From Anaeramoeba ignava BMAN (taxonomy: Eukaryota > Protista > Anaeramoebae): DNA of 64,000 bases. The notes beneath the pieces were generated by a model. It worked only from the letters and a program-made list of their open reading frames with translations, was not told the origin of the DNA and did not search any database. Where the stretch lies: assembly GCA_028826165.1 (NCBI GenBank), contig JAPDFW010000078.1, positions 310,001 through 374,000 on the forward strand, read 5' to 3'. Shown here one piece after another: positions 37,735-50,564 of the stretch (position 1 is the stretch's first letter; the number at the start of each line of letters is the position of its first letter). The position numbers and the translations under genes were made by a program.

Positions 37735-38440
37735 AAATGTAAAATAATTTACTTATATAATTTATAAAAAGAATTTATTATCTAAATTAATTCAAAATTG
37801 ATTTAAAAATAAATATAAATTTAAATCAAAAATAAATTTAATTAATTTTATTTCCAAAAAAATAAAATAATTTTAAATAATATTAAATAATAATATTTAA
37901 TTAATTTTAAAGTATAAATTATTTTGAAATAAATTAATAATATAAAATATAATTTTATTATTAATTTCCTTATTAAATAATTAATAAAATAATTTAAATA
38001 TTTTTAATATAAATTTAATCAAAAATTAAATAATAAAAATTAAAATTAAAATATAAAATAATTTATTTATACAATTTATAAAAAGGATTTATTATCTAAA
38101 TTAATTCAAAATTGATTTAAAAATGAATATAAATTTAAATCAAAAATAAATTTAATTAATTTTATTTCCAAAAAAATAAAATAAATTTAAATAATTTTAA
38201 ATAATAATATTTAATTAAATTTAAAATATAAATTATTTTGAAATAAATTAATAATACAAAATATAATTTTATTATTTAATTTCCTTATTAAATAATTAAT
38301 AAAATATTTTAAACAATCTTAATATAAATTTAATCAAAAAATTAAATAATTAAAATTAAAATTAAAATATAAAATAATTTATTTATATAATTTATAAAAA
38401 GAATTTATTATCTAAATTAATTCAAAATAGATTCAAAAAT
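37735..38440. repeat. About 2.2 tandem copies of a ~315-bp AT-rich unit
   Basis: TTTATAAAAAG(A/G)ATTTATTATCTAAATTAATTCAAAA at about 37761, 38075, 38391. Confidence 0.8.
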
Positions 38441-38449
38441 AAAAATAAA

Positions 38450-41400
38450 TATGTTAAAATTAATAATGAAGAAATTAAAATTGAAGAAATATTTAGATAT
38501 TATTATTAAAGAAAATTTCAAATTTTTTTGCTTCAAAAAATGATTTGAAATTGATTTTATTCAAGAAATAATTATTAAAACAATTTAGAAAATTGAAGAT
38601 GATTATTATCCAATAGTAAATTATTTTATTTGATTTAAAATTTTTTTAAATTCAAATTCCAAAATAATTTATTTATTTATTTAGAAAAGGGAATACAATA
38701 GAATTTATCAAATAAAAACTCTCAAAAATTTATAAAATATTTCCTTATATTCAAAAAAAATAATTTTGAAAATGAAACTTATTATATTAATTGAATAAAA
38801 TTATGAAACAAAATTCCCAAATCAAAAAATCAAAATTGATACATTTTCTACAAAAAGAAATCTAACAATAAATTTCATTTATCAAAACACAAATGATTTA
38901 AATTATTAAATTATTTACAAATTGAAATGAAATTTAAACAAAATTATAATCAACAAAATAAATATATCTCTTCATAATATTTAAAAGAAATCAAATCAAA
39001 TTTACATTAATTTTGATTATGAAAATTTAATTGGAAAAACAAAAAAAAAATAATAATAAAAGAAAAAGGAAATCAAATTGATAAATATTCAAGTTTTCAC
39101 CTTTGTATTAAACCAAAAAAAAAATTCATCAATAACATTATATCTCTTTTCTCAATTCAAAAATAATACAATAAAAAAATATATATATTTCAGTTGATAA
39201 AATTGATATTAAAACAGAATCTTTGAATAGAAACACAAAGAAAATAGATTGAATCTAATTGAAAAAAGATTTGAAATCAATAAATCAAATATCAAGATAA
39301 AACCAAATATTGTTATGGAATATTTTACAGAAGAAAAAGAAAAAGAACTTAAAATGGATATTTTAAAACAATTCTACATTTCAAAATCAAAAAAAGAATT
39401 TAACATAAAACAAACAATAATAAGCTTACTGTATTTTCATAATCTATTTATTGATATTATAAAGAAAAACCTTTATATTCTCTTTTTAATGTTATTTCTT
39501 ATTCGAAAAAAAAAGAAGAAAATTGTGGAATTAAATTAATAACCAAAATATTTCCTTAAAATCTATAATTAAAACATGAAATATTTTATTAATTCTTTTG
39601 TTTCTCTTGTTTTTTATATAGATCTTATTACAGAATTCATTTTATTATTTGAACTAAATGAAAACTATTGATATTTAACATTAATGAATATTTTAAAAAG
39701 AAATTTAAAAGAAAAAAGAAAGAAAGAATTTTATTTAATATAGATTTTTCTATTAAGAAAAAATAGAATAACAATTAAGAGATAATCCACAAATTGAAAC
39801 ATTTACAATAAAAAGAAAAGAAAAGAAAATATTCTTGATTTCCAAAATATTTCAACAATTATTTGATCTTTTAATATTGAATATACAACAATTTTCATTC
39901 ATTTCCCTTTCAAAAACAAACTTTCTAACTGTTTACATCATTACAGAAATATTTTCTTCCACTTTAATCAATATTTCTCAAATCTCACAATTTTCAAGAT
40001 TATTTTATTTTATTTATATTATGAAAAGAAAAAAGAATTTGAATTATTATCAACAACAAAAATATCTATCTTAAATATATTCAACAATTTAATCCATAAA
40101 CAGAAATACTTATTTCCATTTTTATTATTTCAAGAATTTATGAAAATTATTTGAATATCTTCAATTTACTTTTGCATTGGAAACACTTGATACATATATT
40201 CAATAACTTAAAATAATAATTTGAATATTTATTTATTTCTTGAATCAAAATATCACAAATAAACAATTAACCAAATATTGAAATTATGGAATTTTTTTCC
40301 ATTTTCTTGAAACTGAAAAAAAAGATCAAATCAAAATATATTTCTTGAATATTTTTTTTGAATAAAAAATTACTGATATCAATGAATACTTATTTTCACA
40401 AATCTTCACAAAATATTTCTCCCTTTTATTTGTAAATAACAATTATTCAAAACACACAAAAAGAATATTTTCCACAAATATTTTGAAATTGATGATTAAT
40501 TACAACTTTTTATATTCTAAAACAAAATTAACAAAATTCAACAACATTTTTGAATAATTTATATATCCTTTCTTTAGAAATATTTCCACTTTCCAGAATA
40601 TTATTTATTTCCATTTCAAAATTATTCTTCAATTATTTTCTTCAAGAAAAAGAATATTAAATTGAATTGAATTGAAAATACATTTCTTAATAATTTCAAT
40701 AATATTCACAAATTCTTTATTTATTTATTTCAAGGAAATATACTTCTATTTAATCTATTCAAAAAATATAACAGATAGAACTCAATTTTATCAATAAATT
40801 TAATTTAATTTAATTTAATTTAATTACTACAAAATTATTCTTCATTTCTCCAAAATAATTGATAAAATTACAAAATTCCTAATCATAAATATTTATTAAT
40901 CATTCCATTTTGAAGAGATTTCCATTAATATCAAACAAGAAAATTCTTTTTCAAAATATTAAATTCAATTTCAAATCCAATTTAAATTCACAAAATTCTA
41001 AACAATAACAAGTTATTTCTGTTCATTAATCTTAATTATTTAACAACAAAAAAAAATTATTTATAAATTCTAACTTCTTTAAAATTGAGAAATTAAATCC
41101 TTATTGGAAAAACAAAATGAAAAAAATGAAAATAATCTTCAAAATCCAAAATCACTTTTAAATTTCAATTATCTTTACTTAAATATTGGAAAATGATATA
41201 AATATCAAAATTCTAACTCTTATTTAATTTATTATTTAAATCAATTTAATCAAGAAATATTCAAAATTCTTTTTAAAAAACATGATATCTGTTCATTTAT
41301 TTAATCCAAAATATAATCCAAAACAAATTTGATTTCAAAATATTTCCAAATTCACAAATATTATATAGATAAATCAATTATTATATAAATACTCAATAAA

Positions 41401-41900
41401 TCTTCTTTAAAATATTTATCTTCAAATTTTGGAAGATTTTATTTAATTCTACTTTTGAATAACTTTGGAAAAAACTATTTATTATTTATTTATTCATTCC
41501 TTTCTTTTTTATTCAACAAAATTTCCAAATTTATTTCCTTTATAAACCTCAAACTCAAATCAAAACATTTCCAAAAAAAGAAATATTTCTTGATTTTTTA
41601 TTACAAAATATAAAATATTCAAAAATTTTCTTTTTTGTTAATAGAATTAATATTTAAATTCCAAAAAAAAATAGATAGAATTGAATTGTTTTGATTTAAA
41701 AATTATTATTAAATTATTTCCAAAAAAAAAATAGAAAGAAATTCAATATTTAAATAGATTTAATTTATTTATAAATTCTTTCAAAAAAAATATTTTAATT
41801 GATTTTTATTTGGAAAAAATAAATAAATTTAATTAAAAAAATTCAAAATTATGATTAAGAACAATTTTATCAATTTTATTTCATTTTTGAAAAAGAAATT
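38450..41900. pseudogene. Possible decayed coding sequence
   Basis: Non-repetitive, codon-like stretches with frequent stops and only short ORFs (39249-39539, 39835-40074); no family recognised. Confidence 0.3.
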
Positions 41901-42069
41901 AAATAAACAATTTGTTTTGAAATTTATTCAAAACTTAATAAATAAGAAATTTTCTTTTTTAATTTCTTTTTCCTTTTTCTTTTTTTTTAATTAAAAAAAT
42001 AAAAAAAAACAAATTTTTCATTTTTTTTTCATTTTTTTTTTCACAAAAGTAAACACAAAGAAATAAAAG

Positions 42070-43985
42070 TAATTTATTTATATTTATTATTTTACACATA
42101 AATTATTTATCTAAATTATTTAAATAATCAAAATATTTATAAATTATTTATTAATATTATTTAATTTCAATTTATTTTATTTATTAAAAAAAAGGAAAAA
42201 AAAACAAATTAAAAAATTAAAAAATAATTAAATTTAAAATATTAAATTAATATTTTCATAAATTATTTATTTAAATTATTTAAATAAACAAAATATTTAT
42301 AAATTATTTATTAAAATTATTTAATTTCAATTTATTTTATTTAATAAAAAAAGGAAAAAAAACACAAATTAAAAATTAAAAATAATTAAATTAAAAATAT
42401 TAAATTATTATTTTAAACATAAATTATTTATCTAAATTATTTAAATAATAAAAATATTTATAAATTATTAATTAATATTATTTAATTTTTATTTATTTTA
42501 TTTATTAAAAAAAAAACAAATTAAAAAATTAAAAAATAATTAAATTAAAAATATATAATTATTATTTTACACATAAATCATTTATTTAAATTATTTAAAT
42601 AATCAAAATATTTATAAATTATTAATTAATATTATTTAATTTCAATTTATTTTATTTATTAAAAAAAAGGAAAAAAAATAAATTAAAAAATTAAAAAATA
42701 ATTAAATTAAAAATATTAAATTATTATTTTAAACATAAATTATTTATCTAAATTATTTAAATAATCAAAATATTTATAAATTATTTATTAATATTATTTA
42801 ATTTCAATTTATTTTATTTATTAAAAAAAAAGGAAAAAAAACACAAATTAAAAAATTAAAAAATAATTAAATTAAAAATATTAAATTATTATTTTACACA
42901 TAAATTATTTATCTAAATTATTTAAATAATCAAAATATTTATAAATTATTAATTAATATTATTCGATTTCAATTTATTTTATTTATTAAAAAAAAGGAAA
43001 AAAACAAATTAAAAAATTAAAAAATAATTAAATTAAAAATATTAAATTATTATTTTAAACATAAATTATTTATTTAAATTATTTAAATAATAAAATATTT
43101 ATAAATTATTTATTTATATTATTTAATTTCTATTTATTTTATTTAATAAAAAAAAAGAAAAAAAAACAAAATAAATTAAAAAATTAAAAAATAATTAAAT
43201 TAAAAATATTAAATTATTATTTTAAACATAAATTATTTATCTAAATTATTTAAATAATCAAAATATTTATAAATTATTTATTAATATTATTTAATTTCAA
43301 TTTATTTTATTTATTAAAAAAAAGGAAAAAATAGAAAACATCACAGAATAAAAGTAAGAAATTTAAAAATATAAAAATATATAATTATTATTTCACACAT
43401 AAATTATTTATCTAAATTATTTAAATAATCAAAATATTTATAAATTATTTATTAAAATTATTTAATTTTAATTTATTTTATTTATTAAAAAAAAGGAAAA
43501 AAAAAATTAATTAAAAATATAAAAATATAATTTTACTCATAAATTATTATTTAATTTATTTAAATAAACAAAAATACTTATAAATAATTAATTAAATTTA
43601 AATTTAATTTGTTTTATTTATTTGGAAAAAGAGCAAAAACAATATTTAATTAAAAAAGATATAAAATAATATTTTAAACATAAATTATTTATCTAAATTA
43701 TTTAAATAATAAAAATATTTATAAATTATTTATTTAAATTTATTTTATTTATTTGAAAAAACAAAATAGAAAACATCAGACAATAAAAGTAAGTGATTTA
43801 TAAATATATAATAATTATTTTAAACATAAATTATTTAAATAAAAAAAAATATTTATAAATTATTAATTAAAATTATTTAATTTTTATTTATTTTATTTAT
43901 TTAAAAATATAAAAATATTATTTATCTAAATTATTTAAATAATCAAAATATTTATAAATTATTAATTAAATTTATTTTATTTATT
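42070..43985. repeat. AT-rich satellite, about 12 copies of a ~160-bp unit
   Basis: CATAAATTATTTAT(C/T)TAAATTATTTAAATAA recurs at about 42097, 42257, 42418, 42573, 42733, 42899, 43060, 43227, 43398 ... 43825. Confidence 0.9.
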
Positions 43986-44002
43986 TGAAAAAAAAGGGAA
44001 AA

Positions 44003-46335
44003 ATGAATCAAAACCAAAATCAAAACGAATTACAAAAACTTAAAGAATTTTTAATAAAAAAACATCAGAAACAAATTTTATCAATATTTAATAAAAAAAA
44101 AACATCAGATATCCAAATTTATTGTGGAATTGATAAAAGAATACTTTATTGCCATAAATCCATTTTGACTGCTCGTTCATTAACTTTTTTAACCAAAATT
44201 TTTGAAAAACAACAGACAAAATTAACATTTAATAATTTTCATTCAAATATTGTTACACCAATAATGGAATATATTTATAGTGGAGAATTATCTTTTAATA
44301 AAGAAGAATTTGATAAATATTGGGAATTTGCTAATCAAAATAAGTTAAATGATGTTAAAAAACAAATTGAACTTGAAATGAAAGAATATCTACAACTTGA
44401 TAATATTGCTATCATTTATTTCAAAAGTCAAAACATTTCATCTAAATTTCTTATTGAAAAATGCGAAGAATTTATTATTCCAAATATTCAACAAATTATT
44501 CAAAGATTTGATTTCAAAAATTCACAACTTGAACAAAATATCAGTTTTATTGGATTAATTTCCTTACATCAATCAATTCAAAACAAATTTCAATTATTAC
44601 AACTTTTTCAACAAAAATGGAAAGAAAATTCCCAAGAAAACATTTACAAATTATTACAAAAACAAAATAAAGAAGGATTAAACCGAAATTCATTAATTAA
44701 ATTAAACCAAAACGAAACTACTAATTCTCAAGAAAAAGAAGAATATTTTGATAATGATAAATTCTTTTCAATTTTATTCACACAAATTCAACAAACACAA
44801 ACATTTAATTTTCAACAATTTCAACAAATCAAAAAAAAATCATTTAATTTAAATGAAACCAAATCCATTTTATTAAATTCAAATATTGAAGAAGAACTTA
44901 AAGAAGAAGACAAAAGAATAATATCTTATTATAACTTCAATTCAATTAAATATCAAACAGAAAAAAGAATTGAAGAAAAAAAAGAACAAATTAAATCAGA
45001 AACAAGAAAATTAAAAAGGAAAAAAGAAAAAATTGAACAAATGAAACAAAAACAAAAACAAGAAATTACTCAATCATTAGATGAAGCAAAAATTTATTTT
45101 ACAAAACTTAAAAATTCAATTCAAGAAAATGATAAAGGTATAATTTTTTTCAATTTTTAAAAATAAAAATAAAAACAAAAATCATTTTATTTTATTTAAA
45201 TTATTTATTTAACAAAAATAATAGATGAAACAAAAGAATTAATGAAAATTGATATTTCTTTAATTTTTGAATCTATGAATAATTTTCCAACAAATGAATT
45301 TATTCAAGAAAATTGTTGTTTAGCTTTAAGAAAATTTACTGATAAAAGAAAAGAGAGTAAAAACTTTTTTACAAAAACAAAAATTAAGTTTTTAAATTTA
45401 GATTTTATTTATTAACAAAAAAATCTTTTCAATTTTATTATTTAAATTTTCTTTCTTTCTTTTTCTTTTTTGTTTTTACAAAAAAAAAACCAAAACAAAT
45501 AATAATTATCAATTTAAAATAGGAATTTCATTTAATTTACCAAATTTAAATGGATTTGATTTAATTATCAAAGCAATGAATAATTTCCCATTTAACAGAT
45601 TTCTTCAACTTCAATCTATTTTAATTATTATTAATATTGGAAAAGAAAACGGTAAATTCAAAATTAAAAATTAAAAACAAAAATAAATTAATTTTCATTT
45701 TTTTTTTGAAATATAAAAAATAAAAAAGAAAACAAAACACAAATTGAAACCAATTCTAGAATTGATACAATAATTACAACAATGATTAATTTTACAAATA
45801 AAGATACTGAAATTTATAACAAAGGAATTGAAGCTTTAGGAGTTCTAGGTTTAGAAAAAAAAGGTAAATTTCTTCTCATATTTATTATTTCACAAACAAA
45901 ATATAAAATTATTTTGATTGAATATAAATTTATTTCAATTTGAAAAACAAATATAAATATTAATTTTTATTAAATTTCATAAAACAAAATAGAGATTCAA
46001 AAACTATTCAAACAAAAGAAAAGTAAAATTAATTAAAACAACAAAACAACAAAATAACTATTTTTTTATTAAAATCTTTCTAAATATAAAAAACAAATAT
46101 AAATACAATTTAATTTAATTTAATTTAATTTTATTTTTGATTTAGACATTACTGAAAAAGAAGAAAAGAAATGGCAATCATTCAAACACAAATATGAAAA
46201 ATCAAAACATGTAAATAATACAACAAAAATTTATTTATTTTAATTTAAAAATAAATTTTCTTTTTTAAAAATTAATTTTTATTTTTTTTTTTTTTTTTTT
46301 TATTTTATTAGGGAGAAAAGGTTCGTTTTTATTAA
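44003..46335 (+). CDS. BTB/BACK + coiled coil + ARM-like repeat protein; exons 44003-45137, 45225-45356, 45523-45651, 45729-45863, 45993-46022, 46146-46210, 46312-46335 (last exon may instead end at 46320 and splice onward)
   Basis: SDIQI...[12 protein letters not shown]...MEYIYSG (BTB). Three phase-1 exons each encode one ARM-like unit ([19 protein letters not shown]; [12 protein letters not shown]; TMINF...GIEALGVL). All introns are GT-AG and frame-consistent. Confidence 0.8.
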
Positions 46336-46509
46336 TTCATTTCAAAATATAAAAATATAAAAATATAATTTATTTCTATTTATTTCAATTTTCAAACGAA
46401 TTTACAAAAAAATTGAAAATGATTGATTCATTGATAATATTTTTTTTGAACATCTTTTCCATAATTTCCAACCTAAAATATATTACATTTTCGTTCTATT
46501 CAAATTTAG

Positions 46510-46608
46510 GAAACTATCTTCCATTTCTTTTCAAAAAAGAAGCAAAAAATTGATTTAGGAATTTTGCACTATTTACTGAAACAAAGATATGATCTGAATG
46601 AACTTTTT
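46510..46608 (+). CDS. Divergent ankyrin-repeat exon candidate; donor site not visible
   Basis: TAG at 46507-46509, then ETIFHFFSKKKQKIDLGILHYLLKQRYDLNEL; where the GT is expected there is a T run. Confidence 0.5.
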
Positions 46609-46669
46609 TTTTCAAAAAAACACAAAAAAATTATTTTTCTTTTTAAATTAAAAATAAATAATAAATTAG

Positions 46670-46672
46670 GAT
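46670..46672 (+). other. 3-nt microexon candidate GAT (Asp)
   Basis: TTAG|GAT|GTAATT, 134 nt upstream of the ankyrin exon at 46807. Confidence 0.7.
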
Positions 46673-46806
46673 GTAATTTTTAATTTTAAATAACAAAAAT
46701 ATAAGAGAAAATTATTTAAAATATAAATTAAAGAGAAATTTATTTTTTAATTTAATTTAATTTAATTTAATTTAATTTAATTTATTATTTCAAAACAAAA
46801 AAAAAG

Positions 46807-46902
46807 TGGTCTCCAGTTCATTATTTATGTAGGAATGAATCAATTACATTTGATATGATTAAATTATTAGTTGATAATGGAGCTAATTTTAATTTAAGTG
46901 GA
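46807..46902 (+). CDS. Single ankyrin-repeat exon, 96 nt, phase 0-0
   Basis: AAAAG|TGG...GGA|GTAAGT; translates [32 protein letters not shown]. Confidence 0.88.
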
Positions 46903-49900
46903 GTAAGTTTTTAATTAATTAATTAATTTATTTTCTTTTTCAAAATATTAATAATAATTTTATAATAAGATATTTCATTTCCATTTTTAAATAAACATAA
47001 ACATAAACAAAAACAATATTTTTATTTCAATTATTTTATTAATTAAAACAAAACAATTTTGAATTTTTTTTAAAATTAATAAGAATATAATCAAAAAAAA
47101 GAAATAAATTTTAATTATAATTTTAATTATAATTTTTATTCCAAAAAAAAAATCAAAATAATATTTATATTTATTATTTGATTATTATATTTCAATTTAC
47201 TTTTAATCAAAAAAATAAATTCAATTTCAAATTCAATTTAATATTCAATTATTTTCCAAAAAAAGAAATATTTTCATTTTAATTCATTTTTTTTTAAAAA
47301 TTTTCAACTTTAAAAATTTGAAAAGAAAAAAAAAGAAAAAGAAAAAATTTAAAATTAATATTTAATTAATTAATTATAATTCCTCTCTTTTTTTATTTTG
47401 TTTTTATTTTATTCAGATTTACAAATTTAATTCAATTTTGTTTTATTCTCAATTCAAATTCTTTCTTTTTTATTTTATTTTATTTTATTTTATTTTATTT
47501 TATTTTATTTAAAATTTTGGATATTAAATCAAGAAAAGAAATTTATTAATTTATTAATTTTATAATTTTAGAAAAAAAAAACAAAAAGGAATTGAAATAA
47601 TATTTTCCAATTTAATCAAAAAAAAATTATTAATTTAATTTAATTTAATTTAATTTAATTTAAGATATTTATTTTTTTATTGAAAACTTCAAAATTAAAC
47701 AAAAAAAAATTAATTCAAAAAAAAATTTATTCTTGTAAAATTTTGTTTTTGTTTTTGTTTTTGTTTTTCAAATTTTATACATTTTTTTTGGTTTCTCTCT
47801 TGTAATACAATAAAATTCATTTTTTATAAAACTTCAATTTTTCATTTGGTTTTTTTTCCCTTTTTGAAAATAATTATTATAAATTGAAATTTGAATTGTT
47901 TTAGTGAATTAATTATATTTGACAAAAATATTGTTTTATAATGAAAAATAAAATATTTTTTTCTTTACAAGAGTTTATTGATAAATTATTACACAAAAAA
48001 AATGGAAAAATCTTCAAGAATCAAATCAAATTCTATTTTCAGTTATTATTTCTTTAGTTATTTTATAATCCATTTTTATTGAGATTAAAAATATTTTGTA
48101 TAGAAAAAACACTTCTCATACTCTAAATATGTATAATGATAATAAATGATGTTAAAAAAAATTGTTTTTAAATTTAAGAGAGTTATAATAATATTTATTT
48201 ATTTAAACAGTATAAAGACTCAAGAATAAAGAGATGATATAATTTTCTGTAAACATAAAAAAATTTAATCATTTTTATTTATAAACCTCTTTTTGATATT
48301 CTCAATATAATGATTTATATCCAGTTTAAATTTACATTTGGATTAAATATCTAATAATGATTGAATTGAGTTTCTATCCTTATCATTAACAATTAAAGAA
48401 ATTGATATTTTGTCTTTCCATTTAGATGTAAAATTATTGATTTATTCTTTATATTCTTATTTATTCCTTTAAAATATTCTTTCCTCAAAATATGAATTGA
48501 ATCAAAAAAAAATTTTGTTTTTTCCAGTTTTTATATATTCAAAAATTATTATTAATTCTCTTATATTGAAACCTTTTCTTGATAAATCACAAATGATTTG
48601 TAATTGAATATTCATCAAATCAATTTCTAAATAAATTATTATTAAATTATTGAAAAAAAAATACAACTTTTCAAATAATTCCTTATCTTTTCTATTGTAA
48701 TTTAAATTATATTCAAAAGTTGTTAAAATTTCTTTTCCAATATCTACAGTTATTTTCTCAAATTGATTTTCAGTTAAAAAATGAATATTAATTAAACTAA
48801 AAAATTTACCTATAAGAATTGAAAAAAAAAATAATAAACTTCTTAAAATGAAATAATTTTTAATCAAATAAATATCCAAATTATGAATATTATAAAGGGA
48901 AATATCTGGAATAAATTCATTAATTTTATTCAGAAAAGAAGATATCATTTCTTTAATTTTTTTTTGTAAATTATTAATTATCTAAATAACAAAGAAAAAA
49001 ACAAAAGATGAAAATTGATTTTTTTTTTGATTATTATAAAATATTATTTAATTTAATAAAATAATCTCTTTCTTAAAAAAAATCAATAAATCTCTTATTA
49101 TCCTGATCTAAAAAAAATCTAAAAAAAAATAATTAAATAAAAATTAAATGATCTATATTAAGTTTTACATTAGTTAATAAATTAGAATTTTTTATATAAA
49201 TTTTTTCAATTTAGATATTGAAATTTTTTTCTAAAAGAAAACAAATTTAATAATTGAGGATTATCAAGAAAAACTAATCTCTTTCATCCAATAAAATATT
49301 TTATCCAAATTATAATAATTTGATTAATATTTTTCATTATATATTTTGAACTAAGATCTCAAAATATTTTTGAAATAAAAATTATTATAATTTCTATTTC
49401 TTCTTAATAATTTAATTTTTTTTTGGAAAGATGAAAATTTTATTGATTTCTTTTTTTGATTTCATTTTTGTTTTTTTGTTTGAAAATAAATTTAATATAG
49501 AAAATTTGAGTTTCCACATATATATTTTATTCAAAGGAATGAAAAAATTTTTCTTTTTTTTTTTCAATAAATTGAGACTCATTTAACATAATAATAACAA
49601 TATATATATATACTTTCTTCCAAATAAAAATATTTATAAAATAAACAAAAAAATTTTATTTCTATTCAAATCAAAATTTAATTCACTTCATTTTTATTTA
49701 ACAAAAGATTAACATTAAATTCAGAAATTAAAATTTTATTCTTTTCTTTTTTTTTCCAAACAAAAAAAATTTAAATTTAAATTAAATTCAATTCAAAAAT
49801 AAAATTTATTTGTTATTGTTTTTGATAATGAAAAATGAAAATGGAAATTAAATGAAAATTAGTTTTATTTAATTTTTCTTTTTTTTCAAAAATCACACAC

Positions 49901-50297
49901 ATAAAAAAAATTTAAAAAAAAACAAAAATTTATATTTTTATTATCTATATTTTACATTTAATTTTGGATTATTTTTATTTTCAAAAACAACAAAAAACAA
50001 AACAAAATTTTTATTCTCTTTTTTTCCAAGATTAATAAAATGAATAAATTATTTAATAAATTTACTTAGAAAAAAATAAAAAATATTATTATTATTATTA
50101 TTTTAATATTAAATCAAATTTAAATAAAGAAAAATAAAAATAATTGATTTATTTATTTTTGAAATGAAAATTTAAATTATTTTCCTTTTTTCTTTTTCTT
50201 TCCAATTTTATTAAATAAATCAAATTTAAATTTAATTTTCTTTATTCAAAATAATAATAATAATAATTTATTTATTTATTTAAATAAAAAATAATAG

Positions 50298-50564
50298 AGA
50301 GTAATTATTTCCAAAAATTAAATTAAATAATAATCAAAATTATATTTTTTTTAAATTTAAATTGTTTTTTATTTTAATAAAATTTTATTTTTAAAAATAA
50401 ATCTAATAATAATAATAGTGGGTAAATTTTATTTAATAATTTAATTTTCCATTTTATTTTTAATTTGGAAAACAAAATTTATGAAAATTAAAAACAAAAA
50501 ATTTTTGAATTTTTTTCTAAAACTTTTTTTTTTGAATAATAAATAAAATTAAATAAAATAGGCT
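50298..50564 (+). other. Cluster of 3-nt microexon candidates: AGA 50298-50300, TGG 50419-50421, GCT 50562-50564
   Basis: TAG|AGA|GTAATT, TAG|TGG|GTAAAT, TAG|GCT|GTAAAA, spaced 121 and 143 nt. Confidence 0.72.
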
